A stretch of DNA of 64,000 nt from Octopus bimaculoides (taxonomy: Eukaryota): NCBI RefSeq assembly GCF_001194135.2, contig NC_068981.1, positions 116,765,468 through 116,829,467 of the forward strand, written 5' to 3'. This document shows positions 38,887 to 53,714 of the stretch, piece by piece. Positions within the stretch are counted from its first letter, which is position 1; every line of letters starts with the position of its first letter. A program made the position numbers and the translations under genes. The notes under the pieces are model-generated. The model made no database searches. It worked only from the letters and a program-made list of their open reading frames with translations, and had not been told where the DNA came from.

Positions 38887-41800
38887 AATATTTTTGCCTG
38901 CCATTATTTTTTCTAACTCTGGACAATGAAGTGACGAAATTAAGAGCTAGGTGCAAAACCCTAGCTCTTAATTTCCAATATGGGCGTTTCATGTATTTTA
39001 CATATTACTCTGATGCACAATAAATAATCTTACTCAAACTGTAAATGAAATCACCAATAGCAACAGTAACGATAGCATTACAAACAATATGTTTACACAC
39101 TGCAACATCAACGGCGTTAAAATCACCTTTATGGAGCAAAAGGCTTTCACTAAACATCAAATGCACGAAGTAGTATTTCAAGAAATATTATATTAACCTA
39201 TACGAAGATTGAACTTCCCACTATAGTACCGCGTTACATGATTGGGAATAGTGTTCTAGTGAGCTGTATAAAACTAATTTTAATTTGTAAGTTTAAGAAA
39301 TACACAGGAGTTACTTTTACTTGCTTATTTACGTATGGAAAATGCGTCGGTACACATAAACATAAACAGACATACAACTTAAGCATACAAAAAAAAGAAA
39401 GACATATAAATAAAAGAATTAATCATTCGTATACTTCGTTTCTATATGATGCAAGCACTCACAAACTTATCGGAACGTATTCACAAATTTATCTCTATTT
39501 CTTTAATTCGTTGTGTTCCTTTTCAATCTTTACTTCTTTCTTTGGGTACAAGTGTACGTGAGTGTGTGCGCGCGTGTTTGCGTATCTATACACACACATA
39601 CAGTCATATACATATGTGTGTGTGTGTCTTGCGTGTGTATATATGTATATATATATTTATGTTTATGTATATACACATATATATACATATATATATATAT
39701 ATATTATATGCATATACATATATATGTATGTATGTATACGAGTCTTTGTGTATTTACTATGTATCCTTCTACGCGTATTTGGCTATGTCTGTAATATGTA
39801 TCTTTACATATACATTTTCAGTATCTAGATGCATATATATAATGGGCAGGCAACCATATACAAAATAACTAGCCTTTCTACCAATTAGCGCTGGTAGAAA
39901 GAACGGCGAATAAAACAAATGAAAGAAGCAAATGTGTATTGAAATCGCCATAAGACGGGAGACATTCGGTGTACTGAGTCAATCAATATGGCTTAACAGA
40001 AAACGTCAAGAAATAAATGAAGACTAAATAATAAAGTAAAACGAAACAACAAATGTACAAATAGATTTATCTAGAAACAGATAGGAGAGACAAAAGATAG
40101 AGAATTAGCATAACGAAAACAGAAAGAAAATAAATCAAACAGGATATAGGAATAAGAAAATATTCCAAAGAGTTTCTGATGTATACGTACGTACTTATGT
40201 ATGTATGTATGTATGTATGCATGTATGTATGTATGTATGTATGCATGTATCATGTATGTATGTATGATGCATGTATGTATGTATGTATGATGCATGTATG
40301 TATGTATGTATATNNNNNNNNNNNNNNNNNNNNNNNNNNNNNNNNNNNNNNNNNNNNNNNNNNNNNNNNNNNNNNNNNNNNNNNNNNNNNNNNNNNNNNN
40401 NNNNNNNNNNNNNNNNNNNNNNNNNNNNNNNNNNNNNNNNNNNNNNNNNNNNNNNNNNNNNNNNNNNNNNNNNNNNNNNNNNNNNNNNNNNNNNNNNNNN
40501 NNNNNNNNNNNNNNNNNNNNNNNNNNNNNNNNNNNNNNNNNNNNNNNNNNNNNNNNNNNNNNNNNNNNNNNNNNNNNNNNNNNNNNNNNNNNNNNNNNNN
40601 NNNNNNNNNNNNNNNNNNNNNNNNNNNNNNNNNNNNNNNNNNNNNNNNNNNNNNNNNNNNNNNNNNNNNNNNNNNNNNNNNNNNNNNNNNNNNNNNNNNN
40701 NNNNNNNNNNNNNNNNNNNNNNNNNNNNNNNNNNNNNNNNNNNNNNNNNNNNNNNNNNNNNNNNNNNNNNNNNNNNNNNNNNNNNNNNNNNNNNNNNNNN
40801 NNNNNNNNNNNNNNNNNNNNNNNNNNNNNNNNNNNNNNNNNNNNNNNNNNNNNNNNNNNNNNNNNNNNNNNNNNNNNNNNNNNNNNNNNNNNNNNNNNNN
40901 NNNNNNNNNNNNNNNNNNNNNNNNNNNNNNNNNNNNNNNNNNNNNNNNNNNNNNNNNNNNNNNNNNNNNNNNNNNNNNNNNNNNNNNNNNNNNNNNNNNN
41001 NNNNNNNNNNNNNNNNNNNNNNNNNNNNNNNNNNNNNNNNNNNNNNNNNCACACACACACACACACACACTGAGATTAAGATCAATGTCGTCTTGGGTGC
41101 ATGGAAAAGAAAAAAAAAAGAAAAAGCGAACGCCTTAACTGAAGAAGAAGAACGAAGAACACAATAAACAAATAAAGAAAAAGGAAAGATTTTAGAAACA
41201 AGAGGCAAATGAAAATAAAAAGTACAACGGTCAGTGTTGTGAGAAAGAAAGAAAAAAGAAAACGTAGAGTATCGATTACTTTTGATTTTAGACTATCAAT
41301 ATCATGTATTTCATGTATTTATTTCGTCGTTAAACAGGCTTTGTGCTTGCTTTTGTATATATGCCCATCAGCAGTCGATAAATACAGAAATACATACAAG
41401 CATACATACATATATGTATATGTAAGTATGTATGTATGTATGCATGTATGTATGTCTATATATATATATATACATATATATACACACATCCACAAACATA
41501 CATATATGTACACATCCAACGCACCCCGTACATGCACGTTTGTATGTGTGTGTGTGTATATATCGGTGCGAATTATTTGTATACGTATTGTTTGTTTGTT
41601 GATCGAAGGAATAGACGAATAAATATCGGGGGCGTTTACTTTGATTTTAATGACCAATTCCGTTGGAATCAATAGTAACGAAATGGTGGATTTTACAAAC
41701 AAGTCTACAAATACAGGTACACAAAGAAATGTGTTTTCACATACCATTTCACAAACACATGCACGCTTACAAACATTCACGCATACACAAACACACATAC

Positions 41801-42505
41801 GCACACACACACGCGCTTACGCGCACGCGCATATATATGAGTGTATACATATATGGATCCTTTTGTTTAAATATTTGTAGTTTCTCATTTATTTTGTGAC
41901 ATGATTTCCTTAATATTCAATATATTTTCATATTTTGTTGTTCTGAATTTAATGAAATTTAGTTAAAAAAGATAATATTTTATTGAGCCCTTTGATGGAC
42001 TATGCCTCAAAGCATTATCTTGTATTTGTGTTATTTATTCACACACACACACACACATACACACATACTCACTCTCTCACACACACACACAAATACACAT
42101 ATATATGCACATACAGAACATTGACTGATAATCACTTCAACCCCTTCAACATAGACGCTGCCTTTAACAGAATCCGCCCTTTTGCAAACGTTGGATGTAG
42201 ATCTCCTGTTTGGGGATATCTTCTTCCTCACCTTTCCCCACTCTCGGGAGCCTTGTCATTGCTGTTGCTCTCCCACCGGGCTATGAGGTAAATAATTACA
42301 AAGAATGGTAAATTTATTAGCAAAATTTTAACACACCCAGTTACAGAAAGCAAAGTCAAACATAGTGACTGTTCGGGAATCATTGTTCCTGCTGTGATTT
42401 CTTCCTAATATATGTCAAGTGTCTGCTACCATCTACAAGAAACCACATTGTAAAAGAATGTTACAGACGCACATACACACGTATTTCTCTCTCTATATAT
42501 ATATA

Positions 42506-42614
<109 letters not shown>

Positions 42615-42644
42615 GTGTTCTCTGTGTGTGTTTGTATTTTTTAA

Positions 42645-42790
42645 CTTTCAGCTGTTTCGATCATTGGACTCCAGCCATACTGGGGCACAGCCTTAATGGT
42701 TTTAGCCAAGTACTTATTTTTTAAGCCAGTACTTACTTTATATGACGGACCACTGAGTTATGGGGACGTAATCACACAACAAGCGGAGGT
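42645..42790 (-). mobile_element. SINE family A 3' part
   Basis: ctgtttcgatcattggactccagccatactggggcacagcc...ccactgagttatggggacgtaa. Confidence 0.7.
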
Positions 42791-42845
42791 TCGAAACACA
42801 CTGAGATACATAAATATATGCATACATAGATACGTACGTACGAAC

Positions 42846-42881
<36 letters not shown>

Positions 42882-42932
42882 GTGTGTGTGTGTGTGTGTA
42901 TGCGTGTACTTTATTTGGGGATCAGCAAGACA

Positions 42933-43010
42933 ACTAATGGATATATTGGGCTTCATATATTTGTACCCCAGTGTCACTTTGATGGCCTGCAGTGCTCTTT
43001 CACTCATTAA
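42933..43010 (+). mobile_element. Family C 3' fragment
   Basis: atggatatattgggcttcatatatttgtaccccagtgtcactttgatggcctgcagtgctct matches 17485-17533. Confidence 0.75.
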
Positions 43011-43019
43011 TAGTAATAA

Positions 43020-43246
43020 TGATTTCAACCTGTGGCACAAAGCCATCAAAATTGGTGGAGGAGGTGAATCGATTACATCAACCACAGTGCTCAAGTGGTA
43101 CCAATTTTATAGACCCCGAAAGGATGAAGAACAAATTCGACCTCGGCGGAATTTGATCTCAGAACATGAAGACGGACGAAATGCCGTTAAGCATTTTACC
43201 CGGTGTGCTAACGATTGTGCTAACGATTCCGCCAGCTTGCCGTCTA
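43020..43246 (-). mobile_element. SINE family B
   Basis: Full copy followed by (AAT)22. Confidence 0.88.
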
Positions 43247-43314
<68 letters not shown>

Positions 43315-43315
43315 T

Positions 43316-44410
43316 TTCATTTATTTTCCACAAGGGCGATGAATGGTGGGGTGTAATACAGAGACAGACATAAAGTGTGGGTGTTTACATATAATAATGA
43401 CAGATTAAAAAAAATAGAAAGTATACACGGTATACACTGGAAAAGAAGAGACATATGCATAGCATACAAGGATAAAAAAAAAGAGGTGGGTGGTAGGATG
43501 GTAAAGATGAAGCCATACTGATACAGGAACACCTTTAGGTACAATCGAGGAACCCCACTGTCCGAGGTTTCCTTGAAACCCTATGAGTAAGTGCCTTCTG
43601 CAAATCCTTCTCTCTGACTCACAGGTCTGCACTTCGAGAGGCACCATCCACTCTTGCCAATTTCGCAATTCTACTCCACTTTTCGATAAATTCACTCCAG
43701 GACAGCATTTCCCTCTCCACTCTCAATTTCATTTTCAATGTGAGCTCAACCATAGAGGAATGTATCTGTCCTCATGCCTTTCAACTTTGTCCACCACACA
43801 ACATCTTTTGCCAGAGCTGTCAGGCAAAAGAAAACTGCCTTGCCTGCCCAATTGAAAGAGGGCGGCGGTGCAATCCTTACTACAGACTCGGCTGACAGAC
43901 GGTTCTGTCCCACACGTGACAAAAACTGTTCAACATAATAATCCCACAAGTCAGTATTGCCCGGACACTGAACGAGGGCGTACAGAACGGTTTTTTCACT
44001 CTGCGCGCACCTTGGACAAGTCCGTCTGACAATACATCCGTGCCTGTAGAGCTTGTCTCCAACCGGTAGCGCCCCTCAGTAACACAACCATGTCAAGGAC
44101 ATTTGGAAATTATCCATGACAATTCCCGACCGGATTAGCCAGTTCGTTCTCGTCGGAGCCAAGAGTCTCTTCGAGAATGTCGTCGCTCTTCCCCGCCACT
44201 AATTCTTTACAAATTTCAAAAGCGGAACAACCACCGATCCCTTTGTCCGACTGGTAGAGGATTGTGAGCGCCTGACGACATTTTAGGTGCCAGCCGCCCA
44301 GTCTCGGTCTGTTCTTCACCCAGGACTGCAATTCCATCTAGGAGACGAGCCACACAAACAGAGCCAACACACGCTCACCGTCCAGGTGGCGTAATCTAAG
44401 CGCTTGTCTG
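43316..44410 (-). mobile_element. Tx1/L1-type LINE 3' portion with C-terminal CCHC zinc knuckle, decayed
   Basis: Minus translation LTWLCY*GALPVGDKLYRHG..RTCPRCAQSEKTVLYALVQCP..LWDYYVEQFLSRVG..LSAESVVRIAPPP; 3' end aataaatgaaa abutting (ATT)n. Confidence 0.8.
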
Positions 44411-44413
44411 CGC

Positions 44414-44630
44414 AATCCTTTCTACTATAGGCACAAAGACTGAAGATTGTGGGGAAGGGGTAAGTCTATTGCATTGACCCCAGTGTTCAACTGGTATTTA
44501 TTTTATCGACCCCGAAAGGAAGAAAGGCAAAGTCGTCCTCGGTGAAATTTGAACTCAGAACGTAAAGACGGACGAAATGCCACTATGCATATTGCTCAGT
44601 TTACTAACTATTCTGCGAGCTTGCCGCCTT
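44414..44630 (-). mobile_element. SINE family B
   Basis: Full copy followed by an (AAC)(AAT)(GAT) compound tract to about 44840. Confidence 0.88.
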
Positions 44631-44651
44631 AATAACAACAACAACAGCAAC

Positions 44652-44742
<91 letters not shown>

Positions 44743-44760
44743 CAATAATAATAATAATGT

Positions 44761-44794
<34 letters not shown>

Positions 44795-44970
44795 AATAAT
44801 AATAATAATAATATTGATGATAATATTATTAATAATAAAACCATTCTGCCAGCTCGGCGAGTTGACAGCGGCTGGATGCGTTCTTCGCTGCTCTGACCTG
44901 TCAGCAGCTGAAGACATAAAAACACTAATACAACCCAGGAGGACAACTGAAAAATTAACTCTAAAAGACT

Positions 44971-45985
44971 GGAATATCTACAGTTTCCTGTATTTTGAAT
45001 TACCCTCAAAATAAATTAAGGAACCTACATATCTACAGCTTTCGAACACATAAGCAATCAGCTTTAATATCTACACCTTCTATGAATACCTATCATTTCC
45101 TTTACCCTGAGTATTCGAAAAGGTAAATATCCTCTTTATTCCAAGAAAACTACAGTTTTCTCTGTTCGGACAGATAAAAGATCATCTCCAGTAAATTTTA
45201 AAAACAACACCACAGTTTTCTCTGAACGGACATGCAAACGAACACCTCAAAAAATTTAGAAATTTTAATATCTCCAATTTTGCGTCCTTCTTCCCTGACT
45301 AAGAGAATATGTAAACATGCCTTTTATTGTAAGAACATACTTAAATGCACGATTAAAAAACTAAGGAAGTAAGCACCTGCCAATATATACATACTGCACA
45401 ACTACAAAAACTGTAAACCACAGCAAAACTTTTAAAAAGACAAGAAAAATTCCGAAAGAAAATGAAATTCAGAAATTCAAAGATCCAACAAGGTGAACAT
45501 TTCTTCCTCCTACAATTCCCAAACACTGGAATATCTAAAATTTCCTGTGCATATTTTAAATCTTCCTCAATATAAATTGAGTTAAGAAACTTACATACCT
45601 ACAGCTTTCGAACACACCAACGATCAGCTTTAAAAAAAAAACCTTTAATGTCTACTGTGTGAATATCTATCCTTTTCGTTCTCCTTGGGTATTCGAAAAT
45701 GTAAACATCATCCTCCTTTTTATTCTAAGAACACTGCCATTTCTCCGTGTGCGGTGATACAAAAGACCATATTCAGTAAATCTTAAAACTTTACTATCTA
45801 CAACTTGTTTTCTTTTTTCTTGAATCTCTCTGAATATACGAAATTGTAAACATCCTTTTCCTTGCAAAAGTCCTAATTATTCTCCAACTGAGCAGACAAA
45901 CGAACATCTCAAGAAAACTTTAAAATATTACCCAAATACGTTAACACACCTTTTATTGCAACAGCACATTTGAATTCAGAAATTC
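44971..45985. repeat. Old diverged tandem duplication, period about 560 bp
   Basis: ggaatatcta at 44971 and 45528; ctacagctttcgaacac at 45033 and 45599; gtattcgaaaa, caaacgaacaYctcaa and ccttttattg recur in the same order. Confidence 0.6.
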
Positions 45986-46007
45986 AAAACTTCAATGACG
46001 TGAATAT

Positions 46008-46073
<66 letters not shown>

Positions 46074-46129
46074 ATGCGTGCGTATATATTATCATTATTG
46101 TTTTTTTCTACCAGTAATTACAAATAGAA

Positions 46130-47736
<1,607 letters not shown>

Positions 47737-48031
47737 TTGAGAATTGAGATCACCAAGGTATGGCGCTACGAGAGTCAAACATAAAGGTTGTCCCTATTGT
47801 CATCAGATCATTGGGTTCAATACCACCCAATCTGAAGAAACATCTGGAAACTTTAGAAATACTCTACAATCAAGGTGTATTGCAAAAATCAGCACTACCT
47901 GGAACTGCACACATATTGCGTAAAGTAGTGTTTCTCTGAGGTCCTTGCTCTGATTTAACAGTACAAATCCCCGATAGACACACTATCTTCAATCAACAAC
48001 ATCACAATATTGGATACTGTGCAACGTCTCA

Positions 48032-48032
<1 letters not shown>
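47737..48032 (+). mobile_element. Second R4/Dong-type 3' end (different subfamily)
   Basis: IEITKVW..KVVPIVIRSLGSIPPNLKKHLETL..LQKSALPGTAHILRKV; followed by (TAA)20. Confidence 0.85.
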
Positions 48033-48095
<63 letters not shown>

Positions 48096-48964
48096 CCGGG
48101 GAAGTTTAACGATTACACCGGGGAAGTTTAACATGTGAGAACGATAAACCACTGCTCCGAAACTTATCCAAAAACATCGGAAATAAAGACATCGCATGGA
48201 GCCAAAAAATAGCTGACAAAGGGTTGGACTATATCCGAGTAAGTAATACTCATTTAAATTTATTTCTATTTTTCCAAATATAATGATGTATTTTAACTTG
48301 ATATCTCCACTACCCGCACAGCGATCGTAAACACACGTGTTACATCAATATTAGACCATCTCCGAACCCCAAAACACCATGTACAAAAAAATTACAAACA
48401 GATTAAATAACACCGGTATTATTCCACCCAAGAATAACAACCGAGAAGTGCGTACTGTAAGCTTGTTACGAAAAAAGTACGAAGATCTGAACGTGCAAAA
48501 CAATCTNNNNNNNNNNNNNNNNNNNNNNNNNNNNNNNNNNNNNNNNNNNNNNNNNNNNNNNNNNNNNNNNNNNNNNNNNNNNNNNNNNNNNNNNNNNNNN
48601 NNNNNNNNNNNNNNNNNNNNNNNNNNNNNNNNNNNNNNNNNNNNNNNNNNNNNNNNNNNNNNNNNNNNNNNNNNNNNNNNNNNNNNNNNNNNNNNNNNNN
48701 NNNNNNNNNNNNNNNNNNNNNNNNNNNNNNNNNNNNNNNNNNNNNNNNNNNNNNNNNNNNNNNNNNNNNNNNNNNNNNNNNNNNNNNNNNNNNNNNNNNN
48801 NNNNNNNNNNNNNNNNNNNNNNNNNNNNNNNNNNNNNNNNNNNNNNNNNNNNNNNNNNNNNNNNNNNNNNNNNNNNNNNNNNNNNNNNNNNNNNNNNNNN
48901 NNNNNNNNNNNNNNNNNNNNNNNNNNNNNNNNNNNNAGCACGTTATAAAAATAAAACTACTGAA

Positions 48965-49029
<65 letters not shown>

Positions 49030-49062
49030 TAATAATGATGATGATAATAATAATAATAATAA

Positions 49063-49270
49063 TGGTTTCAAATTTAAGCACAAACCCAGCAAATTAGTAG
49101 GGATTTTGCTAGCCGATTATATCGATCTCAGTGGAAAGCTGGTACTTATTTCATCGGCCCCGAATAGCAAACTCGACGTCGGCAGAATTTGAACTAAGAA
49201 CGTAGAGCTAGATGAAATGCTGTTAAATATTGTGTCCGGCGCAGTAGCAATTCAGCCAACAGACTGTCTT
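49063..49270 (-). mobile_element. SINE family B
   Basis: atggtttcaaatttaagcac tail, gcagaatttgaactaag B box reverse complement; preceded by (AAT)n. Confidence 0.8.
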
Positions 49271-49284
49271 AGAAAAAATGATAA

Positions 49285-49432
49285 TGGTGCCAAATTTTGG
49301 CACAAGACCAGTAGTTTTTGAAGGAAAGGTAAGTTGATACTTTATTTATCGACCCCAGAATCATGAAAGTCGACCCCAGCGGGATTTCAACTGAGAAGGT
49401 AAAGACGGACGAAATACCGCCAAGCATTATAC
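49285..49432 (-). mobile_element. SINE family B, internally deleted
   Basis: aaattttggcacaagacc...gtcgaccccagcgggatttcaactgagaaggtaaagacggacgaaataccgc. Confidence 0.75.
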
Positions 49433-49467
49433 ATGGCTTTGTTGTAGTCGTCGTTGTCGTCGTCGTT

Positions 49468-49504
<37 letters not shown>

Positions 49505-50153
49505 TCATCATTATCATCATCATCATTACCATCACCATCTCCATCAGCCATAAAATGTGAATTTAAATTACAGAAACCCTCGTATTTGGTCGAAAATCCT
49601 CACAATATATATCGTCAACCAACTGTACTGTGAAGCTATACAACACTTGGATCAAACGATACCTATTTCAGACGTTACTCCGATGCCGTAGAAGTGACGA
49701 TTTACTGTCTGTTGGACTGTCGTTTTAGCCTGTTGGTAATTGAAATTTGTACATAAACTGCATGAATGTGTTTGTTACTAATTTATAAATCCTATTATGG
49801 TTAAATAGTCACTAATTTCTTACATTGAAGAAGTTTTAAGATATATAGGATATGTGAAGTGAACTTAGGGTACAAACGATAAATGGAAGGAGGGCTTGGA
49901 TCGGGCTTCCTTGACTCTTACACCTGTAAGACATTCTGCAAAATATACGTTTGTATTACTGATACACAGACAGTATGTTGACTCTATCAACAGATTCAAC
50001 AAGAACATTTAGGTTCATGCATAAAATATAAATTACAATAAAATAAAAATATAAGAAGAGGTGATTTTTTTCCTTTCTGTCGTTGTCTAATCAATCAAAC
50101 ATAACATGTCACAACAAAAAACGTAAGTTTTCAAAGCAAATACTTAATAGTTC

Positions 50154-50198
<45 letters not shown>

Positions 50199-50737
50199 AA
50201 GAAGAAATGAAAAAACTCAACACTTGCATAGCACACAGTTATACAGTCATACAAGAATTCTAAAGCATTTTATACTTTACCAGATGTCAAATACATTAAC
50301 ATTTCACAAAGGATTTTACATACTATATCAAAGTAAATAATACAAAGTTAAGTAGAAAAATGTAAAACAGAGAAGAAGCCATATTGTTATTAGGTTTTTG
50401 TATCACGGTTTTGTATTATTGGCGGCTGTAGCTTTGTTGTCTCCCACTTCCGTAATGAAGCTATGAGCAGGCACCGATACCATTTTAGAATATGTAGAGA
50501 GGAAGACAGAGAAGGAGAGAGAGAGAAAGAGAGGGAAAGAGAGAGAGAGAATAAGTTAATAAGTGTTTAACTATGCGTGGGTTAGAGATTGAGTGACAAT
50601 GGTTAAAAGAAAAGTTGAGAGATTAGCGACGATAAGACAACAATGATGGAGTAAAAGGCCAAGATAGATAGACATAGAGAGAAGTGGGGAAGATTGAAAG
50701 TAATTCTCAATGTTTGAATCTTAATTATAATTTTGCA

Positions 50738-50786
<49 letters not shown>

Positions 50787-50982
50787 NNNNNNNNNNNNNN
50801 NNNNNNNNNNNNNNNNNNNNNNNNNNNNNNNNNNNNNNNNNNNNNNNNNNNNNNNNNNNNNNNNNNNNNNNNNNNNNNNNNNNNNNNNNNNNNNNNNNNN
50901 NNNNNNNNNNNNNNNNNNNNNNNNNNNNNNNNNNNNNNNNNNNNNNNNNNNNNNNNNGACTTCGTCTTTTTTTTTTTTTTTC

Positions 50983-51740
50983 GGAGTCGATTAAATAAGT
51001 ACCAGTTGAGTCTGAGGTGGATGTAATGGACTTACCTACCCTCTATCCCCCGAAATGGATCTATTTCAAAACGGGGGCACCAGTTTTCATTTATGTTTTA
51101 TGTAGTGTTTTTGGTACCGAAAGACTTTCAAACTTCGTATACTTATCTATTTTGTGTTATAGAACAGAAAAAAAATTTTGTATTCGAATTTATTTCATGT
51201 AAAAAATTGTCTTATTTCGATAATTTCTGCTAATCACTGACGTCTATTCATTTGAAAACAGTTAGCGCTGTAACGGTGTATATCGTATTAATCCCCTCAC
51301 CCTAACCCTAACCCTAAGTAGACTGTTAACCCTAACCCTAACTCTAGAATCCGAACTCTAAAATTGTTACACACATAGATACGCACAGCGTAATTTATTA
51401 TATAAACAATATATGCGTATAAATTACGATTAAACCGGATGAAATATGTCACAGGGAATAACATTTTTATGACCGCCCAGCAGTAACTCTATTGAGCTGA
51501 ATAGACGTCAGTGATTGGTTGAAATTACAGAAATACGACATATTTAACATGGAATAACTTGCGATGTACGTTTTTTGTTAAGAAGACTAAGAGTAAAAGA
51601 TGTTTTATATGACACATTCTACCAGTGTCCCAAGTTTCAAAGTGTTTCGTTAGTGTTTCGTTAAGAAAATACTGGTGCCCCCGTTTTAAAATAGATCCCC
51701 CGAAATTGCTAGCCTTGTGCCAAAATTTAAAACCAATAAG
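50983..51740 (+). mobile_element. SINE family B 3' half, split by a MITE
   Basis: ggagtcgattaaataagtaccagttg...cccgaaat | insertion | cccgaaattgctagccttgtgccaaaatttaaaacca. Confidence 0.8.
51057..51698. mobile_element. Non-autonomous DNA transposon (MITE), 28-bp TIR, 8-bp TSD, GG termini (Merlin- or MULE-like)
   Basis: TIR ggatctatttcaaaacgggggcaccagt 51057-51084 / 51671-51698 (27 of 28 match); TSD cccgaaat 51049-51056 and 51699-51706; internal (CCCTAA)n. Confidence 0.9.
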
Positions 51741-52078
51741 AACATGCCTTACACTGATCCTTAACACATTCAGTGGAATACCATCAAATTTGTGACCAGG
51801 GCAAATACTTTTTTACTGCATACAGTATTGGTAATACAAGTTGAAAAGTATCGGGTCGTTGTATCAGATGGCTCAGTGTAACTGATACTACTTAAGCATA
51901 ATTACCTTTAAGTTTGTAACAATATAAAAGCGTTTTTAAGCGAAAAAATATCGCAGCGGTTGGATTTTGAAATGTGGTTAGAGTTTAGGAGTGTTGAGAG
52001 CTTAGCAAGTGTCTAAACAATATTATATATTTATTTTCTCTTTTTGCTAAAAAGCGAGGCCCTCTTTTTCAGATAATA

Positions 52079-52939
52079 TGCTGTCTGATTAATAAGTATC
52101 CGGACTGTTGCCATAGTAACGAAGCTAAAGAACACAGGGTGAAGCCGTTCAGCACAGATTGACCTTGAACTCTGTTGTGCATGCGCACTAAGTTTTAAAG
52201 TTCTAACTCACTTCCAAGTACTTACAGCAGTGCTTGGAATTAACGTGTGCAGAGTGTGATCGTCGCATTGTCCATGACAGAGAAAGTTGGGTAGAGAATC
52301 TGCATCAAATTTTGCCAAGGGCTTAACGATACCTGCTCAGAGTCCTGCGCAAAGTTTTCAGAAAGTTTTCCCGTTCTCGACACAATCAAGGAGATCTTCT
52401 GCAACTGAAACCCGAGTGTCGTTTTGGTCAGCTGAAAGTTGTTTTGGCACAAACTTGGCAGACATGCCTCTCATACTCAAATCTTCAATGAAATACACTG
52501 AACTGAACCGTAACTAATCTGCACATCCTCTTTTAACTCACGGATGATGATTCGACGATTTCCCCTCATAGCTATACGTACATCAGTTCTGACGGTTGCG
52601 GGTCTCCCAGAGCGTTCGTCAATATCAACATTTTTTCAGCCGTCTTGGAAACATTCGAACCACTTGTACAATTGTGTGCAGCTCATACACTCGTTTCCAT
52701 ACACTTTCTGCAACTTTGCGTAGGCCTCTGAGCAGGTATCGCCATGACAACTTTCTCTGTTATGGTCAATGCAACGATCACACGCTACACACCTTCCTTC
52801 CAAGCACTGCTGTAAACAGCGGAAGTGAGGTGGAAAGGTAAAACTTAGTGCACATGCACAGCAAAGGTCAAGGTTTTACTCTATGTGCTTTAGCTTCGTT
52901 ACTATGGCAACAGTCCGGATACTTATTTATCAGACGTCG
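52079..52939. mobile_element. Palindromic mariner derivative made of two inverted 5' ends
   Basis: Arms about 52079-52368 and 52700-52939 are reverse complements, TA-flanked; the minus strand encodes a transposase N-terminus (DTCSEAYAKLQKVYG..WFECFQDG..DERSGRP). Confidence 0.88.
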
Positions 52940-53714
52940 TACATCGAATAAACTATTTGAATCGACATACTTGTTTGCTTGCATATTTTGTAAAACAACA
53001 CGATAATAGTTTGCTTAGGCACACAGCCTAATTTTTAATCGAGAGAAAAATTATAATCTGTGCCATGATACACATCACGGGACAGTGATTCTTAAACAGA
53101 ATAATGACGTCCCGTTTGGTTTGGAGCTGAGCAAACATTAACTTCCCTCTTCTGTGACAGAACGCATTGCTGACACCAACAATTAATGACATCTTGCAAC
53201 AGTCGTACAGTTTACTACACACTCGATCAAGCTGCCTCAGTGCCGTCATAGAGTACGGCATACTGTGCAATTGCATGTATTTAACAGGGCTATGGGCTCA
53301 GTGCTAATTCTATGTTTGCTGAAGCAGTCAGTCAATAAATATTACAGGCCCCAATGTAATGCTTTCCCAGAATGTCTTTAATACTGTTCAGAATGCACTA
53401 CGTAATTTAAATCCATAAGATGGCTACCCGAACAATTGTCATGATGTCTTTCATCTAAATACTCTTCTCTTCATTCATCCCACAGACACGTTATCAAACG
53501 GTCTCTTACTTTTTGCCCACTACTACGTACGTCTTTGTTTCTCGGAGCAGATTAGTCTCGACCGATTTCCGCTCAGGCACTCTTTGAATATTTGTCTCAC
53601 TTGGAACCCGCAGTGTCTCAAAATCTATAACCTCTGCACTAAACAATGTTTCTAGATCTGTGAACTTCCTATTTCTGGAATTTCTGTCTTCCCCACTCAC
53701 ATACACACAGATGT

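Noticed and set aside
48106-48245. Open frame ending at strong donor ccga|gtaagt
   Set aside because: No acceptor with a pyrimidine tract; it sits directly after a LINE tail and an 18-bp direct repeat
51300-51346. True telomere or chromosome fusion site
   Set aside because: Only a few units, contained within a TSD-flanked MITE
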